Shown here piece after piece: positions 54,914 through 63,814 of a stretch of DNA of 64,000 nucleotides. Made by a program: the position numbers and the translations under genes. The notes beneath the pieces were generated by a model, which worked only from the letters and a program-made list of their open reading frames with translations, was not told the DNA's origin and did not search any database. Every line of letters starts with the position of its first letter. Position 1 is the stretch's first letter. The stretch is from an uncultured Candidatus Saccharibacteria bacterium (GTDB lineage Bacteria; Patescibacteriota; Doudnabacteria; UBA920). The stretch is from NCBI GenBank assembly GCA_964348935.1, contig CAYGEJ010000001.1, positions 51,807 to 115,806 of the forward strand, in the 5' to 3' direction.

Positions 54914-55726
54914 ATGCAAGTATATCACGACTTATTAAAAAAAATATTAGCAGATGGCGTTCAAAAGCACGACCGTACTGGGACTGGAACTAAAAGTATT
55001 TTTGGTTACCAAATGCGTTTTAATTTAGCAGAAGGTTTTCCTTTAATGACTACTAAAAAAGTTCATTTAAAATCTATAATTTATGAACTGCTTTGGTTTT
55101 TAAAAGGGGACACTAATGTAAAGTGGTTGAATGAAAATGGAGTAACTATTTGGGATGAATGGGCAGACGAGAATGGTGATTTGGGGCCAGTATATGGAAA
55201 GCAGTGGCGCGCCTGGAAAGGTTACAGTGGAGAAACATTTGACCAAATAGCTTACGTGGTAGACCAAATTAAAAACAATCCTGACAATAGAAGAATGGTA
55301 GTTTCTGGTTGGAATGTGGCAGACTTGCAAAGTTTAATTGCGGGCAAAAAAACCGCACCACCACCATGCCATACCATGTTTCAGTTTTATGTAGCTAATA
55401 ATAAACTTTCCTGCCAGCTTTACCAACGAAGTGCAGACGTATTTTTAGGAGTACCATTTAACATTGCCTCTTACGCACTTTTAACTATGATGATAGCGCA
55501 AGTAACCGGTAGAGAGCTTGGAGACTTTGTTCATACTTTGGGAGATGCACATATTTACAACAACCATTTTGAACAAGTAAATTTACAACTTTCCAGAACA
55601 CCAAAAGCACTTCCAACAATGAAAATAAACCCAGAAGTGAAAGATATTTTTAAGTTTCGTTACGAAGATTTTACTCTAGAAGGTTACAACCCAGACCCAG
55701 GAATTAAAGCACCTATTGCAATTTAG
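54914..55726 (+). CDS. thyA: thymidylate synthase (ThyA)
   Basis: From the internal ATG ([12 protein letters not shown]...). Motifs [26 protein letters not shown], active-site PPCH. 270 aa. Confidence 0.9.
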   Translation: MQVYHDLLKKILADGVQKHDRTGTGTKSIFGYQMRFNLAEGFPLMTTKKVHLKSIIYELLWFLKGDTNVKWLNENGVTIWDEWADENGDLGPVYGKQWRAWKGYSGETFDQIAYVVDQIKNNPDNRRMVVSGWNVADLQSLIAGKKTAPPPCHTMFQFYVANNKLSCQLYQRSADVFLGVPFNIASYALLTMMIAQVTGRELGDFVHTLGDAHIYNNHFEQVNLQLSRTPKALPTMKINPEVKDIFKFRYEDFTLEGYNPDPGIKAPIAI

Positions 55727-55791
55727 ACGACTGGACAACTTTAACGCATTTTATACTACCCTCTAATCCCTAATCGCTATTCACTAACTAC

Positions 55792-56271
55792 ATGATTTCA
55801 ATAATTGCTGCTGTAGCGGAAAATAATGTTATAGGTATAAACAACACTCTTCCGTGGAATATCCCAGAAGATTTAAAACATTTTCAGGAAGTTACCAAAG
55901 GTAAAATTGTTTTAATGGGCAATAAAACATTTGAGTCTATTGTTTCTATTTTGGGTAAGCCACTGCCAAACAGAAAAAATGTTGTGGTAACATTAAATAA
56001 ATCCTATACTGTGCCAGCTGGAGTGGAGTTGGAGTTTGATTTATTTAATGCTTTAGAAAAATATAAAAATGAAGATTTATTTGTAATTGGCGGGGCGCAA
56101 ATTTGGAAATTGGCTTTGCCATTTGTAGACCAGTTGTATATAACTCACGTACATAAAAATTATGAAGGCGATGCTTTTTTCCCAGAAGTTAACTGGCAAG
56201 AATGGGAAAAAGTAGAAGAAGAAAAGCATTCAGAGTTTACATTTGCTAAATACATAAAAAAATCCCCATAA
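55792..56271 (+). CDS. folA: dihydrofolate reductase
   Basis: MISIIAAVAENNVIGINNTLPWNIPEDLKHFQEVTKGKIVLMG is the canonical DHFR N-terminus. 159 aa. Stop codon lies in the loop of a CCCCA-UAAU-UGGGG hairpin. Confidence 0.85.
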   Translation: MISIIAAVAENNVIGINNTLPWNIPEDLKHFQEVTKGKIVLMGNKTFESIVSILGKPLPNRKNVVVTLNKSYTVPAGVELEFDLFNALEKYKNEDLFVIGGAQIWKLALPFVDQLYITHVHKNYEGDAFFPEVNWQEWEKVEEEKHSEFTFAKYIKKSP

Positions 56272-56334
56272 TTGGGGTTTAAATTTAAATTGTGGCCGAA
56301 AGTGTAATTCGGCCGAAGTTTTTCGGACTCTTTG

Positions 56335-56547
56335 TTAGGAGTCCTGTTTTTTTGGTTGCTCAAGTCGGATCGCGGTTTTGTACGCCCATTTGGAAATGGG
56401 CATGAAAATCGAGATTCCATGGAGTATGGTCACTCCTACGGTGTTGCTAGTGCAACTTTCGGGAGTGTAGCACGCTCCATTTGCCATGGGTATTACCCAA
56501 AACTCGAGTGCCAGGCTCAGTAAGCCAAAACCAAGAAACCAATACAT
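56335..56547 (-). CDS. secreted or membrane-anchored 70-aa peptide with two Cys (island 4)
   Basis: ATG preceded by GUAGGAGGGCACA. Signal or TM segment MYWFLGFGLLSLALEFWVIPMANGA, then CYTPESCTSNTVGVTILHG... Divergent from the RHH regulator gene. Its stop overlaps a folA terminator hairpin. Confidence 0.45.
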   Translation of the reverse strand: MYWFLGFGLLSLALEFWVIPMANGACYTPESCTSNTVGVTILHGISIFMPISKWAYKTAIRLEQPKKQDS

Positions 56548-56654
56548 TGTGCCCTCCTACGGGTCATTGTTTGCAAAGACTTGTCAATTATTCTTTGCAC
56601 ACTAATTTTGCCATAAACCTTTGGGAATATCCATACCCCCAAAAAACGGTACCC

Positions 56655-56683
56655 TTGACAAAACGGGTAAAAGGGTGTATAAT
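56655..56683 (+). promoter_or_regulatory. consensus sigma70 promoter (TTGACA-N17-TATAAT) for the RHH regulator gene, with a second TATAAT 15 nt downstream
   Basis: cccTTGACAaaacgggtaaaagggtgTATAATaatcaattttttgtTATAATttg. Lies 50 nt upstream of the ATG at 56734. Confidence 0.4.
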
Positions 56684-56733
56684 AATCAATTTTTTGTTAT
56701 AATTTGTGAGCTCTGGTTTTTGAGATAATCGTT

Positions 56734-57174
56734 ATGTCACAATATATCGATCGTCACAAAAACAAACGTATGGTTGCACCAAGACTGTGCGAAACCGAAA
56801 TCCAAAAGCTCATGGCAACAAGGATGTTGCCAGGTCACGACCGCCATTCGAGGTTAGAGTTTTTGCTTACGCTAATGACCGAATTAGCCGAGCAGGAACT
56901 TGAATATCGTTTGGCGCCTACTAATACAGAGGCAAGGCATGGGCACGGAACACATCTTCGTATTTCAGACGAGCTGTGGGACAGATTACAAACCTATGCT
57001 TCAGTGTATAGGATGAGAACAGGTGAGCTTGCTCACGAACTGATACTGCTTGGCCTAGAGCTAGTGGAAGAAATAGAGAAAGTGGTCAAGTGGCCACTTA
57101 GGAAGGAGGAGATAAAAAGCCGGTTTAAAAGGACACTTGAACTTCGGTATGGGCGCATGCGCCAGCCGATTTAA
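56734..57174 (+). CDS. tandem ribbon-helix-helix (RHH) DNA-binding protein, putative repressor
   Basis: Two beta-alphaA-alphaB units: KRMVAPRLCETEIQKLMATRMLPGHDRHSRLEFLLTLMTELAEQ and THLRISDELWDRLQTYASVYRMRTGELAHELILLGLELVEE. GC-rich. 146 aa. Confidence 0.5.
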   Translation: MSQYIDRHKNKRMVAPRLCETEIQKLMATRMLPGHDRHSRLEFLLTLMTELAEQELEYRLAPTNTEARHGHGTHLRISDELWDRLQTYASVYRMRTGELAHELILLGLELVEEIEKVVKWPLRKEEIKSRFKRTLELRYGRMRQPI

Positions 57175-57399
57175 GACCTTACCGGGTCACACCTAAATGC
57201 AGTTTAAAACCCGCCTGGGGCCTTGCTCGCGCACAATTGTTACGTATGCGACAAGGCCTCTTAAATTTGGTAAAAATAAATGATATACTTAGTAAATGAA
57301 TCCCTTTTTAAAAAGGGATAGTCCATTATAAAGGGTTTTTGTATCTTTAAAATTTATTTCTTTATTATTTTAGGAGTAAATTAGAAATTTCAAACAAAG

Positions 57400-58494
57400 T
57401 TGAACGAATTAGCAAAAAAATTAGAACTACTTAAATCTGAAATTTTAAATCTTAAATCTCACTTAAATTTACCCCAAAAAGAGCAAAGAATTTTAGAGCT
57501 CGAAAGTGCTATGCAAGAAGGGGATTTTTGGGCAGATAATTTAAATGCACAAAAAGTTAGTCAAGAGTATAAAAATTTAAAAACATTTTACGATTTTTGG
57601 AAAGGTCTTGAAGATAAAACGCTTGAGCTTTTAGAATTGGTTAAAAATAATACTGACGAGTCGGATGAAACAAAAAGCTATTTAGTTGAGCAGTTTGAAG
57701 TTTTAGAAGAGCAATACAAGAAAAATCGCTTTGTTGCACTGCTTTCTAAAAAATATGACGATCATAATGCAATTTTTTCTATTCACTCAGGTGCGGGTGG
57801 GGTAGATGCGCAAGATTGGGCAGATATGCTCCTACGAATGTTTTTAAGATATTGCGAGAAAAAAGGTTTTAGCACAGAAGTATTGGAATTAAGCAAAGGT
57901 GAACAGGGTGGAGTAAAAACCGCAGTGGTGGAAGTTCATGGGGCATACGCGTATGGACTTTTAAAAAGTGAAGCTGGAGTTCATAGGTTGGTGCGTTTGT
58001 CTCCTTTCAACCCAGCACACACTAGAGAGACTTCATTTGCTTTAATGGAATTATTACCACTCTTAGAAGAAAAAGAAGAACTTACAATAGACCCGAAGGA
58101 CTTAAAAATAGAAGCCAATACTGCAAGTGGTCACGGTGGGCAAAGCGTTAATACTACATATTCTGCAATTCGTATAACTCATATTCCAACTGGACTTAAA
58201 GTTAGCATTCAAAATGAACGTAGCCAACACCAAAACCGCGAAATGGCTATGAAAATTTTAATGGCTAGACTTAAAATTTTAGAAGAAGAAAAACTACAAA
58301 AGGAAAAGCAAGAATTACGCGGAGAATTTAAGAGTGCGGAATGGGGTAATCAAATTCGCTCTTACGTGGTACATCCTTATAAAATGGTAAAAGATCATCG
58401 CACTAATTTTGAAACTAGTGATCCAGATTCAGTATTAAATGGCGAACTTGATGAATTTGTGGAAAGTTATTTGGAAAAAATAGCTTCAAGCTAG
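57400..58494 (+). CDS. prfB: peptide chain release factor 2
   Basis: SPF tripeptide (RLSPFNPAH) and GGQ (SGHGGQSVNTT). 364 aa in one frame from a TTG start. No programmed +1 frameshift site is evident. Confidence 0.85.
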   Translation: MNELAKKLELLKSEILNLKSHLNLPQKEQRILELESAMQEGDFWADNLNAQKVSQEYKNLKTFYDFWKGLEDKTLELLELVKNNTDESDETKSYLVEQFEVLEEQYKKNRFVALLSKKYDDHNAIFSIHSGAGGVDAQDWADMLLRMFLRYCEKKGFSTEVLELSKGEQGGVKTAVVEVHGAYAYGLLKSEAGVHRLVRLSPFNPAHTRETSFALMELLPLLEEKEELTIDPKDLKIEANTASGHGGQSVNTTYSAIRITHIPTGLKVSIQNERSQHQNREMAMKILMARLKILEEEKLQKEKQELRGEFKSAEWGNQIRSYVVHPYKMVKDHRTNFETSDPDSVLNGELDEFVESYLEKIASS

Positions 58495-58595
58495 AATTTT
58501 TGGTATAATAAATATATTAGAAATATTTTGAAATAAATATAAATATAATTTTTTAGTATCCGCGTTATCTGAGTGTATTTGTATATCCGCGATCT

Positions 58596-59273
58596 ATGAT
58601 AAAGTTTGAAAACGTAGTAAAAACCTATAAAAATAGAAAAGCTTTGGACGGTATTAATTTACAAATCCGCCACGGCGAATTTATTTCGCTTGTTGGACTT
58701 TCCGGTGCTGGAAAATCCACTTTTCTTAAGCTTATAATAGGAGAAGAAGATATAGACGGCGGGCAAATATATATTGATGACGTAGATATATCTAAGGTTA
58801 AAAAGTCAGATATGCCTTATTTGCGAAGAAAGATAGGTATGGTTTTTCAAGATATTAAATTACTTCCTAAACGAACAGCTTATGAAAATGTAGCATTCGC
58901 TATGGAGGTGTGTGGGCATAGTCTGGAAAAAATTAAAAAAGAAGTACCTAAAATTTTAGATTTGGTTGGTTTATCCCATAAGAAAGACAGTTTTCCGCAT
59001 GAGATGTCAGGAGGAGAGAAGCAGAGAGTTGCTATTGCTAGGGCTTTATCACATCGTCCAGTGTTGCTATTGGCAGATGAGCCGACTGGAAACTTAGACG
59101 AAGTTAACGCAGCGGAAGTTTTGGATTTGCTCCTGAAAATAAACCAGCTTGGAACTACGGTTATTTTGGCCACTCACGCAGCGGATTTGGTGAATAAAGT
59201 TAAAAAAAGAGTTATTACAATTGAAGGTGGAAAAGTTACAATTGAACAAGCTAAAGGAAAGTATAAACTTTAA
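58596..59273 (+). CDS. ftsE: cell division ATP-binding protein FtsE
   Basis: ABC ATPase: Walker A GLSGAGKST, signature MSGGEKQRVAIARAL, Walker B LLLADEPTGNLD. Followed by ftsX. Confidence 0.85.
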   Translation: MIKFENVVKTYKNRKALDGINLQIRHGEFISLVGLSGAGKSTFLKLIIGEEDIDGGQIYIDDVDISKVKKSDMPYLRRKIGMVFQDIKLLPKRTAYENVAFAMEVCGHSLEKIKKEVPKILDLVGLSHKKDSFPHEMSGGEKQRVAIARALSHRPVLLLADEPTGNLDEVNAAEVLDLLLKINQLGTTVILATHAADLVNKVKKRVITIEGGKVTIEQAKGKYKL

Positions 59274-59322
59274 GTAGGTTAAAGGTCTTGCACCTAGAAC
59301 CTTGCACCCTAGAACCTAAATT

Positions 59323-60240
59323 ATGTTAGACTCAATTTCATTTTTTCGAATAGTAAAAACCGGTTTCACAAATTTTATTAGAAATTTGTGGTTATCTATG
59401 GCAGCGACTATGGTCATGAGTATTACCTTGGTAATTTTTTCTACGCTTTTTTTAATGTTTTTTTTAACAAATTACTCCATTAACACGATACAAAATACTG
59501 TAGATATAAGCGTGTATTTTAAAATAGGTTTAGCTGAGGAGCAGATTAACAATATTAAAGCTGAAATTGCTGGTGATTCTAGGGTTAAGGAGATTAGTTA
59601 TGTTTCCGCAATGCAAGCCTTTGAAGAATTTAAGGCTCGACACCAGTCAGATCCGCTTATTTCTCAGTCATTAAATGAATTAACAGAAAATCCATTACCT
59701 GCAACTTTACACGTCAAAGCAAATAATTTAGAAGATTATCCTGCTATATCCGGCATGCTTCAATCTGAGCAATACGCAAGTTTTATTGATAAAGTCAATT
59801 TTGATGACAATCGTTTAGTTATTGAAAGGCTGAGTAGTATTTTAAAATTTATTGTCACTTTTGGGTTGGGTTTAGTAATAGTTTTTGCAATTATCGCTAT
59901 ATTGGTAATTTATAATACAATTACCCTGACAATTTACAATCGCAAGGAAGAAGTGGAAATAATGCGTCTTGTTGGCGCTACAAATTGGTATATTCGAGGA
60001 CCTTTTTTAACAGAAAGCATATTGTATAGCATATTTTCTACGTTAATTACCGCGTTGTTGTTTGTTCCAGTTTTTACCAAGATAGTCCCCAAGGTTTTAA
60101 TATACGTAAATCCTCAGTTAAGCGCTTATGGTACTGAAGTTTTTAATTTTACGTATCTAGTAATTATTTTATTTAGTTTGGCCTTAGTACTTTCAATAAT
60201 TTCCACAATGTTTGCTATTCGAAAGTACTTAAAAATTTAG
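59323..60240 (+). CDS. ftsX: cell division permease FtsX
   Basis: Four-TM FtsX topology with a large first periplasmic loop. 305 aa. Downstream of ftsE. Followed by a CUCUC-UUAAUAG-GAGAG-U7 terminator. Confidence 0.8.
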   Translation: MLDSISFFRIVKTGFTNFIRNLWLSMAATMVMSITLVIFSTLFLMFFLTNYSINTIQNTVDISVYFKIGLAEEQINNIKAEIAGDSRVKEISYVSAMQAFEEFKARHQSDPLISQSLNELTENPLPATLHVKANNLEDYPAISGMLQSEQYASFIDKVNFDDNRLVIERLSSILKFIVTFGLGLVIVFAIIAILVIYNTITLTIYNRKEEVEIMRLVGATNWYIRGPFLTESILYSIFSTLITALLFVPVFTKIVPKVLIYVNPQLSAYGTEVFNFTYLVIILFSLALVLSIISTMFAIRKYLKI

Positions 60241-60525
60241 CTTAGTTAAGCTAAATTTAAGAATATCTTAATAAGCACTTGATAAAATTAAATAAACTAG
60301 TATACTAACAAAGAGCCCAAGTTAGCTTTTAGGTGTTAGTGGGTAGGTGTTAGAAAAAACATTTACATTCCACTGCAATCGGTGACTCTCTTAATAGGAG
60401 AGTTTTTTTATTTTTTGATAACTAAAATTTATTTTTTACGAATAATAGCGAATGATAACTAATGCTATTGTTTAGGATTAGTTATCATTCGTTGTGTATA
60501 AACTTATTTTTAATTAGTGAATGTT

Positions 60526-60972
60526 ATGAAGGTTATTTTTATCAAAGAACTATCTGGAACTGCAAAAAAAGGTGAAATAAAAGAAGTCAATGACGGTTAC
60601 GCCAAAAATTTTTTAATTGCTAAAGGTTTTGCCCAAATGGCTACAGCGGACATTCAAGCCAAAATTGCCAAAGAGCAAAAAGAAGCAGATGCGAAACATA
60701 AAAAAGAAAAAGAAAAGTTGGAAGCCTTAAAAGCTGAAATGGAAAAAAGAGTTTTTACTGTCAAAGTGAAAGTTGGAGACAAGGGTCAGGTTTTTTCCGG
60801 TGTACACGAAAAAGAAATAGCTGGTGTGGTTAACGCCAAAATGTCTTTAAATATTGAGAAGAATCAGGTTAAATTAGACAAACCAATTAAAGATCTTGGT
60901 GAGCATAAAGTTTCTTTAAAGTTACATTCTGGACTGATTGCTACAATTAAATTAAATGTAGAGGCACAATAA
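60526..60972 (+). CDS. rplI: 50S ribosomal protein L9
   Basis: [36 protein letters not shown] matches the L9 N-domain. From the ATG 9 nt inside the track GTG start. 148 aa. Confidence 0.85.
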   Translation: MKVIFIKELSGTAKKGEIKEVNDGYAKNFLIAKGFAQMATADIQAKIAKEQKEADAKHKKEKEKLEALKAEMEKRVFTVKVKVGDKGQVFSGVHEKEIAGVVNAKMSLNIEKNQVKLDKPIKDLGEHKVSLKLHSGLIATIKLNVEAQ

Positions 60973-60981
60973 AAAACAATT

Positions 60982-61686
60982 ATGGATAACCAATTACCAC
61001 AATCTGCAGTGCCTACTATTTGGGAAACTAACCCAAAACTTAAAATACTACTACTTGTTTTAATTTTTGTCTTTTTATTTTCCGGAATTGGTCTAACCGC
61101 TTTTTCTGTTTGGGGTAATAATTATCGCCAGAAAGTTTATGAAGAAACCAAAGCCGGGTTGCCAGTGCACCAAGAGAGTAAATCAGCTAGTCAGCAAATA
61201 AGTGAATCAGAATGGAAAACTTATAGGAATGAAGAATATGGATTTGAGTTTAAATATCCTAATAATTTATCTCTTAGCGAAAATAATTCACAAGTGGTAT
61301 TGAATCATAGTATTCCTTATAAAAACGGTGGGGATTGTGATATGATCGGTGACGGTAAACAATATGACAACTTGGTTGATTTTAAGGTTTCATTTCAAAT
61401 AGCATCCACAGCCCCTTTAAGTTTTTTCGACGGCAGTTATGATAGTGGTAATTTAAAAGGCTCGTGGGTATATGAGGGGGTAGAGGGTTGTGGTCAAGTT
61501 GTATATTATTTTGACTTCAGCAAAGGCAAGACTCTTGTTGTAAAAAAAGATGTCGTACAAGCTCTATCGGGTGTTAGTACGTTATGGGACAAAGAAGCTA
61601 TATTGAAAGTACCGGGAGTAATTAGCGTAAATGATTCCGCTCAATTCTTAGACCAAATCCTTTCTACGTTTAAATTTACCAAGTAA
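60982..61686 (+). CDS. hypothetical N-terminally anchored protein
   Basis: 234 aa. TM helix ILLLVLIFVFLFSGIGLTAFSVW, then a soluble domain with 3 Cys. Confidence 0.4.
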   Translation: MDNQLPQSAVPTIWETNPKLKILLLVLIFVFLFSGIGLTAFSVWGNNYRQKVYEETKAGLPVHQESKSASQQISESEWKTYRNEEYGFEFKYPNNLSLSENNSQVVLNHSIPYKNGGDCDMIGDGKQYDNLVDFKVSFQIASTAPLSFFDGSYDSGNLKGSWVYEGVEGCGQVVYYFDFSKGKTLVVKKDVVQALSGVSTLWDKEAILKVPGVISVNDSAQFLDQILSTFKFTK

Positions 61687-61722
61687 TTGCAAATTGAAAA
61701 TTAATAATTGAAAATCGTTCAT

Positions 61723-63438
61723 ATGTCCTATCACATAAAAGCTCGTAAGGCAAAAAAGTTGAAAACAAAATTTATATTCGTTTCTGGTGGGGTAATATCC
61801 TCGGTAGGAAAGGGTGTTACCACGGCGTCTCTCGCCGCGCTTTTAGAAGCTCGTGGTTATGTTGTAGCTCCGGTGAAAATGGATATGTATTTAAACGTAG
61901 ACGCTGGAACAATTCGTCCACAGGAACACGGGGAAGTATTTGTGACTAAGGACGGTATGGAAACAGATCAAGATTTGGGGAACTATGAAAGATTTATGAA
62001 TGCCGACCTTACAGGAGCCAATTATTTAACCAATGGACAAATATACCAAACTATTATTCAAAAGGAAAGAAATTTTGAATACGACGGAGAAGATGTTGAA
62101 ATTGTCCCGCACGTTCCAGAAGAAATAATTCGTAGAATGGAAAAGGCTGCCGCAGAGCGAAAAGCCGATTTTGTAATTGCTGAAGTTGGTGGAACTGTCG
62201 GAGAATACCAAAATGTGCTTTACATGGAAGCTAATAGAATTATGAAGTTTAGAGATGGGCGTGATGTAATTCATATTCATGTGGGTTATTTGCCAACCCC
62301 GCCAAGTGTTGGGGAGATGAAGAGTAAACCAATGCAGACTTCGGTAAGAATTTTAAATGGGAGTGGAATTCAGCCAGACTTTTTAGTTTGCAGGGCAGAA
62401 AAACCCATAGATGACAGACGTAAAGAAACCTTGGCATGGATTACCAGTGTACCAGTAGCTAATATTATTGCGGCTCCAAATGTTGACAGTATTTATCGTG
62501 TCCCTTTGAGTTTTGATCAGCAAAAATTTACAGATAAAATTTTAGCAAAATTTGGAATGTCCCGCGGAGCGGGATCCGCCTCTGGCGGAAAGGGTTTAAA
62601 GAAATGGACTGACTTAGCAAAAAAGATTACTAAAATCAACTCCAGTAAAAACGAAGTTAATATTGCGGTAGTGGGAAAGTATTACGAAACCGGTTCTTAT
62701 AAACTTGGAGACGTTTATATTTCGGTTGTAGAGGCTATTAAACATGGATCTTGGGCAAATAATACTAAAGCAAATTTGCATTGGGTGTCGAGTATGGATA
62801 TAGAAAAACAAGGTGCAGAAAAAGCCTTGGGTGGATTTGATGGGATTGTAGTTCCAGGAGGTTTTGGAAAGCGGGGGACAGAAGGGATGATTGAAACAAT
62901 TAAGTACGCACGTGAAAAAAAAGTTCCTTACTTAGGATTGTGTTATGGTATGCAAATGGCGAGTATTGAATTTGCTAGGCATGTGGCAGAATTGAAAGGT
63001 GCAAATACTACGGAAGTTGATGATAATGGTCCATATCCAGTAATTCATATTATGCCTGACCAGGAAAAGAAAATGTTAAATAGGGAATATGGTGCCAGTA
63101 TGCGTCTTGGTGCTTGGGATTGTATAGTTGCTAGAGGCACTATGGCTGAAAAGTGTTATTTGGAAGGTAAGTGGATTCAAAAGATTGGTAAAGCAAAAAT
63201 TAGCGAAAGGCATCGCCACCGTTTTGAGTTTAACAATGAATATAGAGAAAAATTAGAACAGTCAGGCTTGGTTATTTCCGGAACCAGTCCAGATGGAAAG
63301 CTGGTGGAGATTGTTGAAATTAAAGATCATCCTTTTTTTGTGGCAACTCAGTTTCACCCGGAATTTTTAAGTCGACCTCTTTCTCCTCACCCGTTATTTT
63401 CCGGATTTATTAAGGCTGTAAATAAACTTAAAAAGTAA
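61723..63438 (+). CDS. pyrG: CTP synthase
   Basis: From the internal ATG (MSYHIKARK...). Synthetase-domain P-loop FVSGGVISSVGKG and glutaminase triad region GLCYGMQMASIEFAR / HPEF. 571 aa. Confidence 0.9.
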   Translation: MSYHIKARKAKKLKTKFIFVSGGVISSVGKGVTTASLAALLEARGYVVAPVKMDMYLNVDAGTIRPQEHGEVFVTKDGMETDQDLGNYERFMNADLTGANYLTNGQIYQTIIQKERNFEYDGEDVEIVPHVPEEIIRRMEKAAAERKADFVIAEVGGTVGEYQNVLYMEANRIMKFRDGRDVIHIHVGYLPTPPSVGEMKSKPMQTSVRILNGSGIQPDFLVCRAEKPIDDRRKETLAWITSVPVANIIAAPNVDSIYRVPLSFDQQKFTDKILAKFGMSRGAGSASGGKGLKKWTDLAKKITKINSSKNEVNIAVVGKYYETGSYKLGDVYISVVEAIKHGSWANNTKANLHWVSSMDIEKQGAEKALGGFDGIVVPGGFGKRGTEGMIETIKYAREKKVPYLGLCYGMQMASIEFARHVAELKGANTTEVDDNGPYPVIHIMPDQEKKMLNREYGASMRLGAWDCIVARGTMAEKCYLEGKWIQKIGKAKISERHRHRFEFNNEYREKLEQSGLVISGTSPDGKLVEIVEIKDHPFFVATQFHPEFLSRPLSPHPLFSGFIKAVNKLKK

Positions 63439-63444
63439 TTTTAC

Positions 63445-63630
63445 ATGTCAGACTTTGAAATGGGGATTGAGAAGAAAAAGGCGATTGTAGAACAGTTTAA
63501 GCTAAACAAAATAAAATTTTATAATTTGCTTATTGAGTTGTCTGGTAGGGATTTTGATAAATATGATGAGTTACAGGATGAATTGATTGTTGATGCAGTG
63601 AACAAGTCGGAGAGCAAAGTATGGAAGTGA
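63445..63630 (+). CDS. hypothetical small acidic protein
   Basis: 61-aa ORF 6 nt after pyrG. No motif. Confidence 0.3.
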   Translation: MSDFEMGIEKKKAIVEQFKLNKIKFYNLLIELSGRDFDKYDELQDELIVDAVNKSESKVWK

Positions 63631-63775
63631 AGAAGTTTTAAAATCATATCTACATCATTTGTTTATTGGTAGTACTACTGATTGGGAAAAAAGTCCAAAT
63701 TTGGATTTAGAAGGTGGGGTAATTGAAAAGCATTTGAATGAAGTCGCCATTCCTAGACTTGAGCAAGAATTAAAA

Positions 63776-63810
63776 AAACTCCCCGAATAACGGGGAGTTT
63801 TTTTAATTCT
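63776..63810. terminator. bidirectional intrinsic terminator
   Basis: AAAAAA-CUCCCCG-AAUAA-CGGGGAG-UUUUUUU. Serves the + genes and the minus-strand rpmA. Confidence 0.55.
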
Positions 63811-63814
63811 ATAG

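Noticed and set aside
57180-57330. Long imperfect hairpin (GGCCUUG...CAAGGCC) after the RHH gene as a possible attC/attachment site.
   Set aside because: It lacks the conserved R/L core sites of integron attC, and no integrase is present. More simply a terminator or 3' UTR structure.
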